Under the pieces are notes generated by a model. That model searched no databases. It was not told the origin of the DNA and saw nothing but the letters and a program-made list of their open reading frames with translations. A stretch of 63,016 nucleotides of DNA, counting the filler, from Choristocarpus tenellus KU-1152 (lineage: Eukaryota; Protista; Phaeophyceae), in NCBI GenBank assembly GCA_964200185.2. It is 12 parts of 12 records of this genome, joined end to end, with 100 filler letters (N's around TTAATTAATTAA, not from the genome) between each part and the next. Parts side by side here need not be neighbours in the genome. Positions count along the whole stretch, not along the records: positions 22,111 to 27,714 come from CAXNAD020010271.1; positions 27,815 to 35,435 come from CAXNAD020005863.1; positions 35,536 to 40,266 come from CAXNAD020013296.1; 9 more parts are not named here. One strand, given 5' to 3'. Shown here one piece after another: positions 23,694-36,783 of the stretch. The position numbers and the translations under genes were made by a program. How positions within the stretch are numbered: position 1 is the first letter of the stretch; every line of letters begins with the position of its first letter.

Positions 23694-26506
23694 CTGCTCC
23701 AGGTCCAAGCCAGTGGCATCACACACAACAGTGATGCCCTCAATGATGCACTGCGAAGCAAGCATCGAGGACGACATCTGCTCCAGCAAACGCTCCACAG
23801 TCCACACAAAATGCCTTCCCAGGGTGTACAACACAAGAGGGGCAGGGGGGGGGGGGCAAAGAATACACACAATGATAAACCCACTTCTGTCTAGATGTTG
23901 AAACATGATACATATTGCTGGGGGCACTAAGACTGCCTACTGATGATAAAAAATATATTATAGCACAGCAGAATAGGTGACAAATTGAGTCAACTCTTGA
24001 TTACTGAATTCCTAAGTACAAAGCTCGATACTATGCTTATTCCAGATTACTCCACAAAAAAATGATATCCTTCAATTTCTACACAAACCTACAAGCTACA
24101 TGTTAGTAGCAAAGCTAAAAAGTTTTTTAAGAAAAGGACACTAGAACAATGTGCTGTTCTACTCTATTCAGAACAAAGTAGAAGAACATGTGCCAAAATG
24201 TTGCCTCAGATTGGGGGGTGTTAACTAGACTCACGGCAGATGAGGCCAACACACAACAGGGCTGCATAGGGTCACCCCTGCATTGACCAAAAGAAAAAAC
24301 CAGAGCCAAGGCAGTGTCTTGTTCGATAAAACAACTCAAGAAGGAGCAGATTATTATCATCCAGTGGGGGCTGGCATTCAAGGTTAAGGGGGAAGTGCTA
24401 GGCTTTCCAAGCAGAAAATTGTGTTACCCTAAAAAGGTCAGATTGTATCACTCACATCAACAAGAAATATCCAAATTCGGAAGGTATGGTATAGCCAAGA
24501 AGGCTATGGCATGGTAGAGTCAGGATAGTTCCTCAAATAACCCAGTTCATCACTGGCATTTGCCTGTGGATATCTAGGTTACAACCTAATAAAGTTATCC
24601 TGAACATGTAACACAACCTCCTACATCCCAGTTAGTGGCACCAAAATGAAGACAAAGTGCTGCAGCAGGGCAGATGTGCAATATTCAGTCTGCAGGTTAG
24701 AAGCTGAAGGGTGAAACACATCGTAGAGGAAAACCAGGCATTCATAGACATAGGAAAACCAGGGTATGATCTATGTCTGATAAGCTCAAGAGTGCTTAGA
24801 ACGGTGGGTCTTGAGGTAATACATACAGGCCTCTGTTCGGTCAGTTCATACCACAGCATCAGAGTGTCACTCAAGAACCAAGCCTTTGCACAAGGATTGC
24901 AGGGGAAAAAGTTGCAACTCCACCTTTCAAATGCACCCTTGTAAAAACTGAAGCCAGCTACTTCTTTGACAAAAGGTCATGGAATAAAATGTTCAAAGAC
25001 TGACACCTCCACTTTCACTCACAACCTTCACAGTAATACTCTTCTCTAGTGAGAGGTTCCTCAAAAGAAAAAATCTGCACCTTGACAGATAGTAGACAAT
25101 TAACCCCTTGAAGTGCTTACGCTATTTCCCCTGTGGCAAGATCTTTTTTATGATAAACAAAACAAGAACCTCAAAATTCTCTTCTATGTAATGGCGCACC
25201 TGACTATAACACCCTTCCCACAGTAATCCACCAGCACAGGTGTCATCCAACCCAGTCGAACTACCACCACAGGCCTACCCTGACGGTCACAGGCAGGCCC
25301 CCCAATACCCACACTTGTCAGGTACTTTAATTCGGTGGGCAAGGGTGACAACATTAACGCTTCTGAGGGATCAAGGTGACCACGAAGCCCTGACAGGCCA
25401 ACCGTCGCTCCCCAGTCCAGACTCGACATGAGAGCTGCAAGAGCCTGGCCGATAAAGGGAGTTGGGAACGGATAAGCATAAATAATGTTGATGTCTGCCC
25501 ACCTTAACTTTTGGGTCGAATAACTGCATTCAGTGAAAGGCACATAGTGAGGTGCTATTGTGTATGAAAGGGCAGGACGCCACAGTCGACGCTATCTTGT
25601 CGGTTCTTAGGTTGAATGCATAGTAGGAGATTGAAAGATATATGTCATCCACCAAGTTAGCAAGAGGACAAATTCTAGCATCCTACTGTCCAGCGCACTG
25701 ACATTGACGGATCATAACGATTGACAAAAGTGCAAGAAATGTTTGCAGGGAAAACATAATGAGAGTTGGCACTGCAACGGCATTCTTCCTGTTTACTCCG
25801 TCACAGTCAAGAGCTGTGCAGAAAGAGTGGCGACCTACCTGATCGATACCACCGAGAAATCCGTCATGAGACTGCTGATTTTCCCATTGTGATGCTTCTG
25901 AACCTAGGCTAAAGGTATGTCGAATAGTTACTACCTAAACCATAGTGGGCTAAATTGCACAAAAATGTGTGTGTTTGATCCGTGATAGATGAACGAAAAT
26001 TTGCGGGGAAGGTTGAACCGATAGGAGACCTGTCAGCAAATTTGAGCATAATCATCACTGAAGGGGGCTCACTGCCCTGGAATTGAGTACGGTTTAATAT
26101 TCAACAAATAGTGGATTCGCATTCAAATCTATCTCTTCTAGGTGTGGAGGACAAAAAAATATGCTTCGCCAACATCGACCAGGATCGACCCAGGTGTTGC
26201 ACATAGTTCTAAACTCAAAACTTTCGACCTTCCCAATATGATTCAGAGTCGTTCGACTTGCTTCCCACATACACAGGATGATTTATGCACCTTCCTCTCG
26301 TCAAAGTCCCTAGCACGAAGGAAACGAAGAAGACACACATCGTGTTGCTCGCCAGGTCCCCGCACAAGTCCAAGGCTGAGGCCCTGCTTGCGAACGAAAC
26401 CTCTGAGAGTGGTCAACGACGAGGCTTCCTTCTTCGTGAGATTTCCGAGTCGACCATTCATCCTCCGCAAGGCATCTTCCGGATGGAAAAGAGGGGTGGC
26501 AGGCAT
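23694..26506 (-). CDS. Partial spliced gene for a CRAL-TRIO (Sec14-like) lipid-binding protein. Exons 26506-26291, 25444-25200, 23814-23694
   Basis: GRLGNLT..E...L..LR...DVCLLRFLRARDFD (CRAL-TRIO N), DRQGRPVVVVRLG, and WTVERLL...GITVVCDATGL. GT-AG junctions are in phase. 3' exons not resolved. Confidence 0.85.
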
Positions 26507-27968
26507 CTTGTGCGAGCCAAACAAATATGCGGACTAAAGTTGAAGAACTGCTATGTCGCCAAGTCGAAAACACTTGTAGCGCCTTCACTTCCACCCCGAA
26601 TCTTTTTAGGCTTTGCCATGCAAGGCTACAGTTCCAATACTTATGTTCTCTGCCCAACGCTTACAGATACCAAAACCACATATCTGGTATCAAAGGTCCT
26701 ACAAAAAACTCCCAAAGGTGGTGAGGTAAAGAGATAAATGACCCAACTACAAGAACAACCCCATACAAAACGCCAATGATGCGATTGGAAACCTTGCGAA
26801 TCTATCAAGAATCAAGAACAAATGTATTGTATGAGAAATTGTACGTATATTCTTATCACCTCTAATATTGTAGATAAATGTAGTGTATTATTCTGTGGTC
26901 AATCCTGTTTTCTTTGTGGACGTTCAAATCCTCAATTTTATACATAATCGTATCGATTCTTCTCTTCGCCTTATCCTTTTTGTTTTATCAGTTTACTCTT
27001 CCTTTTCATTTGCCCTCTCCTCTCTTTTCTTCTCTTTTCATTCTTTCTCTTTCTTCCATTCCTTTCTTATTATTTTTATCGATCATGTTACTATTTCTAA
27101 ATTAGTATTTTTCGAATAATCTGAAATCTCGAACCCTAACCCTTTTGATTCTTGTATATTTATTTATTATGTCATTTTCTAGTGACCGGGTTCAGTTACA
27201 GAAGGGTGGTGAAGAGAACGATTGGACAAGACGGACCAAACGGACCAAGACGAACCGTAAGGGAGAGGACGAGATTAAGCTTGGACAAGTTCAAACTACA
27301 ACAACTTGGACAAAACCGTGGAGTTATGAGGATCTTATGAGAGGTGATCATGAGAATAGTCAAGAGGTGATAAAGAGAATCTTTGATGTGTGATATCTCT
27401 TGTGTGATTTACCTCTTTAAAGATTCCACAATCAGTTATTATATTATTATGCCCTCTGACATTTTGCAGATGTGTCAGAGGGAAAACAAATTAAAACTGT
27501 ACATATGTCAGTACAATTGTGTCATGGTGGGGTGATACCAGCAATTGTCACTTGAATCTTTGTTTTTCATGGCGTCAAGTCTTTTCATGATGATTAATAA
27601 ATCGATTTCAGGAAAAGGTGACATGATGTAATGAACAGCCACCTGGGTCAAAGTATCTTGGGGGGGGGGTGTCGGCGTCTGTTTTTCACCCTTTTTTCGA
27701 TTTTCACTTTTTTGNNNNNNNNNNNNNNNNNNNNNNNNNNNNNNNNNNNNNNNNNNNNTTAATTAATTAANNNNNNNNNNNNNNNNNNNNNNNNNNNNNN
27801 NNNNNNNNNNNNNNAAAAATCGCGACATGAAAATATTGACCCCAAAAGAACAGCCGCCCCCCCCCCCCCCCAGATACTTTGAGTCAGAAGAGTTGAAGGC
27901 TTCCTTGGAATAGAGTGCAAAGGGAAGTGTCTTGGAAATCTCATGTGCAGCTTTCTTCTCTGCCTTCA

Positions 27969-28213
27969 GAGCCAAAATATCTTAGAGGGTACGGTGGGGG
28001 CAAAAATCCAATTTGTGATTTTGATGTAATTTTGGCATCGTGTTTGTTAAGAAGTGTCAATATCCTTGTTATGGATACAACGTTTCATGAAATATACATT
28101 TTACCTACTCGGAAGCGTTTTGAAGTAGGAAAATTTAATTTAAAAAAAATGGGAAGCCAAGACCCAAATGGACAAACAGGGCAAAACTCGTACCCTCTAA
28201 GATCCTTTCACTC
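27969..28213. mobile_element. MITE family B (about 245-260 bp). Other copies or partials: 8886-8956, 29813-29997, 30120-30185, 40367-40492, 40493-40651, 48897-49153, 55879-56138, 56330-56589
   Basis: TIR GASYS-AAAGTATCTTAGAGGGTA. TSDs: TTCA (this copy), GAA (55879), AGAA (56330), TCAA/CCAA (48897). Internal stem-loop cctactcc..ggagtagg. Confidence 0.92.
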
Positions 28214-28239
28214 TTCAACGCAGGAATTTCAGTGTTGAG

Positions 28240-28700
28240 ATAGACTGGTGCTTCTGATACAGGGAACTCGCAAATAGAAAAACGAGAATAGAGTACGCAG
28301 TTGTCCACCTATGGCCTTTCTGTATTCCCTCTGTGTTTATGTTCCATTGTTTTTACTCCCAATATTCTATTCAGTCGAATCTAAGGCTGAACCTTTATGA
28401 CTTGTACTGAATGCATACACTTTTCCCACAGTATTGTTAGCCTAACCCTGACATGGACACCAATCCAGCTAGAATACACCAATGATTCTTGTGCACAACC
28501 TTCCGAACAATAAACCTTTCCCTGAGTTGATTCAGCAACACTTCACGTGCCATCCTTGCCCCAATCAGGTTAACAGCATGGTCAGCCATTGAAGACTTGA
28601 TTAGGGAGTGTGTGTTTTTTCGGGATAAGGAAAGACTATGCACCTGCCAGTGTCCTGATGAGCACGATTCAGACAGTCATGTCGAAAAGGATCTCATTCA
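28240..28700 (-). pseudogene. Possible decayed Ulp1/C48-type protease fragment (TE-borne)
   Basis: VVHKNHWCILAG (HW motif), followed downstream with a frameshift by GIQ...DNCVLY (Q..DC motif). Heavily degraded. Confidence 0.3.
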
Positions 28701-31700
28701 CTGTCTTGAATGTGCTGAGAATGACGACAGCCGAAAATGTTATATTATTGCCTACATATGGGATGTCAGGGAAAACAAGAGGCAGCAATCATATCAGTAT
28801 CTGTAGGAGCAGTAATTGGACCATTTATAGCCGAAGTGATAATTGGTAAAAGATAATGCCATACTAGATGGATGGAGTAGCCAACACTACAAGGTGCTTC
28901 TCAAGGTCTTGGCATATACTTCGGAGTATATTGCAGTTAATAATATTAGTGCCACTAGTACCAATAGTGGCGATATGTGTTTACGAGTCGACTTCCCTAA
29001 AACTCCAACATCACCATCATCCCCACTCCAAGAAAGTATGTCTCCATCTCAGAGTACATATACCAATCAAGAGAGCATGATACTTTACCTCAATACATGA
29101 CCCCATGGTCTCCCCTTTCACCACCATGTATCTCGCTCCCCATTCCTTGCCATTGCTAGGTCATGTTTTATATCACCGCGATTCTGTTCCTCTTCATCAC
29201 GAGTTAGGATAATTGAAAGGACAGCTAGAGCTAAGAACATGTCTAGATAAATTGGCATTCTGTGTCAACCAAATTGGCCGCCTTTGTTGGGGCAAGCCCT
29301 AGACTGTTCACATCAACAAGGCTACCAATCAAAAAGCAGAGGAGGTAGCCCTGAGCGCAAGTACCACAAAATGTGATGTCTTCTTGCCTACAAAAACGAG
29401 CTCAAAAAAGATAGCCTTGTCTGGAAAAGACGTTCGGGGCACGGCCAAGTTCTATCTCCCATTATCGAGAGATTGCAGCATAAACAATCCAAGGCGGTTG
29501 AACCAGGATAGTGAATGTAATCTGGAGAGTTTCAAGGTATTCTGTCCAAAAAGAGCGACAGATGATTGACGTAGTAGGGCAAATTCTCCACCAGCATCCC
29601 AGGCGATTTGGAAGATTGCTGTGTTCCACTCTAAGTGAGAATCAGGAGGAGGACTACCAACTCAAACAAAGAAATGAGGAAGGGCAGTGGTATATCCCAA
29701 ATAGAATGCACCTTGAGATTGCATTGTGAAGGGGAAGGCATTATGGCTCTGTGTCATCAGGAGCTGAAGACCAAGGGTCAGTAGCAGCAGGTGATGATTA
29801 TGGGGCCCCTTAGAGTCAAACTATCTTAGAGGGTAGAGTCGCGTCTATTTGGGGGACAAAATCCAATGTTGCAATTTTGATGTAATTTTGGCGATCATGT
29901 TTATTGGGAAATGTCAATATCCTTGTTGCGGACACACCTTTTCATAACATACACATTTTACCTACTACGAAACATTTTGGAGTAGGTAAAATGTCATTCT
30001 TGGGCAGGTCTTCCTCCTAGGTACCATGGCGATTTGTGTAGGTGGTGGTGAAACTGGGGCAGATTGTCGAGCGATGTTCTGCCCCCATGGAAAGTGGAAT
30101 CTCAATGCTTGACGATTAAGAGTGGAAGTATCTTATAGAGGGTACGATTTTTTCCCTGTTTGTCCAGTTGGGGCTTGGCTTCCCACAGGTTTTTAGGATG
30201 ACTGTGCATCAGGAACAAGACTCAGCATAATAAACAATCTCCTTTTTCGGAGTCACACTCTTGTGAAGGGGAGGTTAGGGATGCCGTGGAGGACGTGGAA
30301 TGATATAGAAAATGAACAATATATGTTTGAAGTTAGAACGTGCAAAATCACTATTTTTTCCTTCAAATTTTGCACCATTTTTTGGGACCCAAAATGAGAA
30401 AATTCAACATTGCCTTGATATTTTTCATTTTGGGGGCCTCATCGCCCCGAATTCCGAACGGATTATTCCCAACATTTCTGCCCACCCCTACACTACGCTA
30501 ATTTTTCAGACACAATATTTTACACTAGTTACGACCATTCCTCGTCTATTCCCACCTCCTTTTGGAGATGATGCATTGTTGAACTTATGTGTTTGTCAAG
30601 AGTTTACTTTAAGGTGGTATTTATCTTCATGCTGGCGACTTCATGCCTCGCCACACCCGCCACGTGCCTAAGGATAGATGCCGTCTGATTGTATGAGTTC
30701 CGCAGAGAAGGAAGGTGTGGCGGGAGGATGAATCAAATGTCATGTCCCAAGTGGCAGATATTGTGTGACTTCTTTTGAGGTTGGTACATCATTGGTGGTA
30801 TTAATAGAGACATTCCCAATTTTCTGCCAATCTTGGGAGGTGAAAAATGCATACATGTACCGACTCCAACCCACATGTACACACGGATTGTATGGTATCT
30901 ATCTTATAATACCTTCCTTCCAATCCCAACAACAGGAGGATCTCTTCTGCTCTCAAGTTGAGAAACAATGGGCTCCATCACAAGGGTGAGGTATCGAGCT
31001 AGGTGGGCAAGATGGCGAGTGTGATGTTCGGATGTCATCATCGTTACTAATACTGCTATCATTACCACTCTCGCTTCCACCGCAAGTGTGGTCGCTGCCT
31101 CTGGTATTCTTCATTGTAGCTCAGTTATCCTCAGTGCCCACGGTCTTTCAGACTCTGGTCCTCTGCCCTTGACTTGTTGCAAAGTGTGTAACCTTAGTGA
31201 TGGGCACTATGCGAAATATATTATGTATGGAGGGTAGGTAGGTGTGTGGCTGTTTTGTCATTTTCAGGGGATCGATCATTCAAAAGTAAATATTGAGGTA
31301 TAAAATATTATGAACAAAAACTATTTAATACTTCGTAAAATATTACTCAATATTCCGTATGATAGAGTGTAGAGGTAGAGTTCTAGGTCATGAACATAGT
31401 AGATAGCTGCAGTTTCGCACATGAAATATATAGTAGAAGAAAACGACAGTAGTAAATAAGTCGAAATCCTTTCACTGATTAGACCAGCCCTGGATATGAA
31501 ATACTATTATCATACACCTCTTGAGCCTAGCGATTATCCTGACCTTTGTTCAGAGGTGCTTCACGCTTGACTACTTCTCGCACTAATTGTTGCAATATGG
31601 CTAATAGTACCACCTGTATTCAAGCCTTCCTTCTAGTGTATAGGGTTCAGCCATCCCAATTGTTATCACTTCACCTCCTCCCTCGAATCATGTGCTGAAT

Positions 31701-34700
31701 GTGCCTTGGCATCACTCGGCAACGAAGACTGGCCACCTCATTCTTGGTCTTGGTGATACTCTGGTATAGTGATAGACAGGACAGTACTGTTGTACAATCT
31801 GCAGTAATGATTGCCGTATGAGTTTGGATAACCGAAACCAGATTTTGAAGACAAGAAGTCTGACATTATTGGGATCAAGCCTGCGAAATTCTTGCAGGGA
31901 GCAGACTCCATTAATAACTGAGGAAGGAGTTTTTGATGGAACTGACCTGGGTAAGGTATCTACAAACAGAACCATATCAGGGCCTTCAGAATTGTCAAGG
32001 GGAAGGCTTGCAGTGCGGTTCTCTTGGGTCAGCTAGCTATCTGACAACCTAGTGTAGCCCTTGATAAATATGAGTTCAAAGCAAAAAAGGTCAAAACCCT
32101 ATGTATGAGGTCAAATATGTATCACTATCCCTCTTCAACCTGCTTCAGAAAGAATGTCAGAGTATGTGCCACATGACACAATAGATGGAGGTACTAGGGT
32201 GGAAGACACAAAAACATCATGCATGTTTGCTGTGAGCTGCTGTTGCCTTGTCAAGAGGAGAAGGACTATTCCTACCATCTTTCCATCCTCTCCATTACAG
32301 TCAGCGTATTATCCAGCAACCGCTCTTGCTTGCTCATTGGCGGAAGCTATTTCTGAACAGATCACAGTGTCAACAGCTGGTTCATGGCAACCCACGGCTA
32401 GATTGTCAGACTGCATACTCAATTCTCACACCATGAACCCGATTGCAAACAAATAAGCTGCTGTCCACTAGGCGTCAAACCCACTAAGTACAACAGAGGA
32501 TTAACCCCACTCAGCCGCTTTACTGAGATCCAAAACCAACACTATCCACAACTCCCCAATAACAAAAAGCAAGCTCCAGTTGTACCCCCTTCTCCTTCAA
32601 CATTCCCAGAGGTCCAGATCGCCCCCCTCACTGACTTTCATACTGCCAGTATTTCATCCATATTGTTGACTGCCATTCTTACTCTATCCCCTTTCACTGC
32701 CCTTACTTCTGTGCTTACACCTGTTGCCCTCTCATGCCACACCCCTCCTTATCAACGACGACCCCTCGTAGTTCCAAGGCATCCCACACACCTTCCAATA
32801 AGGCCCTAGTCCTCAACACGCTGTCGTGCTCTTCTATAGTCCCTTCCCCTGCCTCTGCCTGTACCACTTCCCCCATCTCACCCTCTGTCCCTTTCCTTGC
32901 CGACATGGTATATCTTCCTTCTCCGTAGGCCAACGAAAATCCATCAAGGGCTCGTTCAAGAGCTTTTGTACACCCATGTATCATGATAATAGCTTCATCT
33001 TTTGTCTTAGGGCTCCCCAACCTCCTTTCCCACCCCTCCCCAAGGCCAAATACCCCACTATCCGAAAAAGGAGATAAAGGGGGTGATTCTGTGTGATGGG
33101 GCATACAACACGCTGAGCAGAAGACACCACGAGAGTGCTGAGGTGGCGGTGGGGGCAGCAGCTGTCCTCCCTCTTTTTCCACCATCCGCCTAGCTCCTTT
33201 CCAACCCCATTTTCCCATCCAGATACCCCCCTCAACCCCTGTCACCATCCACCTCCCAGCTCCTGAATCCTCCACAAACTCTGGAGATGATCTCCACACC
33301 CCTGCCTCTAGGTCTTCCTCCTCACCACCAAACCTTTGCCTGGCAATTGGTGGGCGGCACCTTCCACCCTCACTTCCACTGCTGACTTGACCAGCTTCTA
33401 CTGTTTTCTGCCAGATGAAGAGGCTCGTATACTTTGGCAGTTCAGGTAAGAGATGTGGGTACTGTGCTGGTACCGGGCCTGACTGCAAATGGGGAGAGTG
33501 CGGTGGGAGTGGTACACGTCAAGAAAGCTGAGGAAAAATAGGATCGTGTTGATGTTTTGGGAGGTTTAAAGACTGTCAAGTATGATTAGGGACAAGTATG
33601 CTAGTAGTACAGGAGGGTTTAGTGTATCATATCGGGAGGAAGATATGGCCCATCCCAACCCAACATTTAGTACAGTGCTTTTGAGTCTCTTAGACACTTG
33701 GCTGGTCCACTTGGACACAAATGTGTTTTCCCTGTCATGAAAAAAATGCGTAGATGCAGCACCTCCCCCCTCCTTGCTGCCACGCATGTCATGCAACTAA
33801 CCCCACATCATCATTACCACTATTACCTTCACTATATTCAGGAGAAGACTATCCAGAACTGTTGTTAGAAGTACCACACACTGCACTACTTACCATACTA
33901 ACTTCATCGATGTTAACTATCTGTTACACTACAAATTATTGCATCGCCTCCGTTTGTGCCTTTCTTCTCACATGTTGAGCTCAGTAATCCCACCACTAGT
34001 TGCTCCGCCTTGGGGATTTAACCCTAACCCTATTGGATCTTCCACCGGACACGCCTTGGCATTACTCGGTGATGAAGTCTCTCCGCCTCTTCTTTTGTTC
34101 GGCGTACGGACAGATAGAATAGTACAGGTGTACCCTTGTAGCGCTTTGCAAAGGTGAGCTTTGGGTGGGACTCGAAACCAAATTCCCATGAAAAGAAGCC
34201 TGGTGTTGATGGGATTCAAGCCTGTGAGATTTCTTGTCCGAACCGATAGACTCAACAGTCTTTGTTCCTTTAGCTGTGTCAAACATTACGCCCTTTGAAG
34301 AAAAACGTCTCAACCGCGTAGGAGATAGGGGCCGGCCAAGGACGACAAGGTTGACGCCCGTAGGCCCATCTTCACTCTTCAGGCATTGCTTCTAATCCTA
34401 AACCTAAACAGAAGTAAATTCATCCATCTTGTTGCACAGGTAGGGCTCTAGAGTGTTGTCTGCCTAGCCTTCCACATCATTCTTATCCTTTTACGCGCTC
34501 CTCCTCCCCCTCCTCTCTCCATCGTCCTCCTCAACCTTTTGTTCCAATTTTTTTGTTTGTTTCTGTCGATTCTGTTTGTTTCAAACTGTTTCTTGCCATC
34601 TTCCCACATTGCTCTTAAGATTATACAATCCCTTTCCACCAAAAGCTGTCAGTTCCAGACAAGGGCCCACGAGTGGCTTTTTGGTTTCCACGAACACAGA

Positions 34701-35535
34701 ACGAATGCAATCAAATGTAATCAGTAATCAGTAATCAAAAATGTAATCGGTTGTCCTCTTTCCCCCTCCCCCGACATGCTACCTCTCCAATGCCGACATC
34801 ATTAACACCAACCATCTGCAATCTTCGCACCAACCAATCAACCAATCAAATCGACTCCTCCTGTGGGGAGGGTGACAAATTGGCAAAACTTCTTACACAT
34901 CGAAGATGCTACTGCTTGTCATGACTCACAGAACAAAGACAGGTGACAACAAACTAAACACTTTATTTTTTTTCCCCTCCCCCTTTTATTATTATTATTA
35001 TCGTACCATTTCATATTGTCATTAATAGTGGTTCCACTGTTCTGGGGAAAATGTTCGCGATCTGTTGTGTGTCGGTCTCCTGGCAGCGAATTAAACACGC
35101 CTTTTATGATGCAACACTGATTAATTGAAAAAACCGGAAATGTCTTGAGTTTCCTATTACAATTCCACTTTTGTGTGTGTGTGTGTGTGTGTGAAGAATA
35201 TATACAACTATTAATACATACAAATATTATTCTTACAATACCCCTACCTGTCAGCAGCACGGATGTTGCCTAGATTATGTCTGTTTCTTTCCTGAGTTAA
35301 GGGTCATAGCCTACACTAGATTAATAGTATTCTCAAGTAACCAGTACAGTACTATTACCATGAAATATGTTGATAGTAGTATTCACTATTGGGTCAAAGT
35401 ATCTGGGGGGAGGGGTGTCGGCGTCCATTTTTCACNNNNNNNNNNNNNNNNNNNNNNNNNNNNNNNNNNNNNNNNNNNNTTAATTAATTAANNNNNNNNN
35501 NNNNNNNNNNNNNNNNNNNNNNNNNNNNNNNNNNN

Positions 35536-36146
35536 CACTCGTTCGTCTTTGCCCATTTCAACGCATTGAGGTGTCCCCCACGACCAACACGAGAGCAAGT
35601 TCCTCCGGTCCATGGACAGCCATTGGCCCTAGCCCACTGAAGCACATCAAGGTGACCTTCTCTTGCAGCAAAGGAGCAGGTCCTGGAATCCCAAGGACAA
35701 CCATTGTCCCGGGCCCACTTCAAGCAATCTAGTTGTTTTTCCTTTGCGGCATTGGAACAAGTCCGAGCATCCCACGGACAATCTCGAGCCCTTGCATACA
35801 TCAGGACACCCACGTCACCGTCCTTGGCAACCTGGGCACAGGTATTCTCATTCCACGGACAACCACAATCCCTCGCCCAAGCCAGTCGGGAAATGGACTG
35901 CACAGCCGAGCTCATATTAGTTGTGGTGGAGCGATTGGTCAACCAAATTTGTTTCCATTTTCGAGATACCCCCGCCACGAAGAGAAATTCATTGGGAGAT
36001 GTGAGCTGGATGAGGTGCCGCAAAACATCCTTGTTAAGCTTGTCGGTGTTGAAGGAGAATGGAGATATACCTCGCACCTCATGTTTTTGTTCTAACGAAC
36101 ATGTGTCCGACTTTGGGTTAGCACTGAAAGGGAATACAGCATTCAT
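35536..36146 (-). CDS. F-box-like plus CPWD-type ankyrin-repeat protein, 3'-truncated by the contig end
   Basis: Uninterrupted ORF of more than 200 aa: N-terminal LNKDVLRHLI...FLFVAGVSRKWK, then at least four 25-aa repeats (GCPWD..TC..AA..GHL..L.WAR.N). Confidence 0.9.
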
Positions 36147-36783
36147 TGTATATGTTCAAAATCCACCTCTACTCTTGAGGCAGAAGGTGTTGAGAGGTGG
36201 TGTTACCTGATCATGTTTTTATTTTTATTGTATGGTTATTGAGAGAGAGATTGAGGTCAAATAAATTGCCCGATGCATAATCTATAATAATCAGGAAGTA
36301 TACTCTAGATAAATTGATTTGTTTTTTTGTTTGGTATATTTAGTATGCAAGTTATGAATTTAATGCTACTGCCACCTGTTGGTTGTTGCTTGTTAGGAGT
36401 CTTGTATGGAAGACATAATTCTTTTTATATGATGGATCTGAACCCTTAGTGTTTCCTTTTTGTGAAATATATTCCTTTTTGCAATTTCTTCTTTTATATT
36501 TGGGAAAATCTCTGTTAGATGTTAAATAACATCAAATTTCAATCGTAAACCATGTAGTAAAGGGTTGATAATATGTTCTGGGAGGCGTGTGAGTATTCAT
36601 ATTTATTTGGAACAGTACTAGAAATAGAATGGGAAGTACGACCTGATACTTCCTCTATTGTCGAATTTATTCTGTTTTGTATTTTATTTTGGGTTAGGGT
36701 TGGGATATTAGGTTTGGTTGGGACTTTAGGATTCTATAGTACATTAGTAATAGTGTTTGGAAGTGGTGTAGTGTTACAAAAAA

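Noticed and set aside
25848-25913. Extra CRAL-TRIO exon (ag...cag|gtagg)
   Set aside because: Exon 1 joins 25444 in phase, giving a normal domain, so the segment is not needed and is unverified.
32715-33488. 257-aa ORF (longest in the track) as a gene
   Set aside because: Non-ATG start, low-complexity G/E-rich reading of C-rich DNA, no recognisable motif; probably TE debris.
35704-36210. Plus-strand ORFs overlapping the ankyrin gene
   Set aside because: Antisense shadows of the clear minus-strand ORF.
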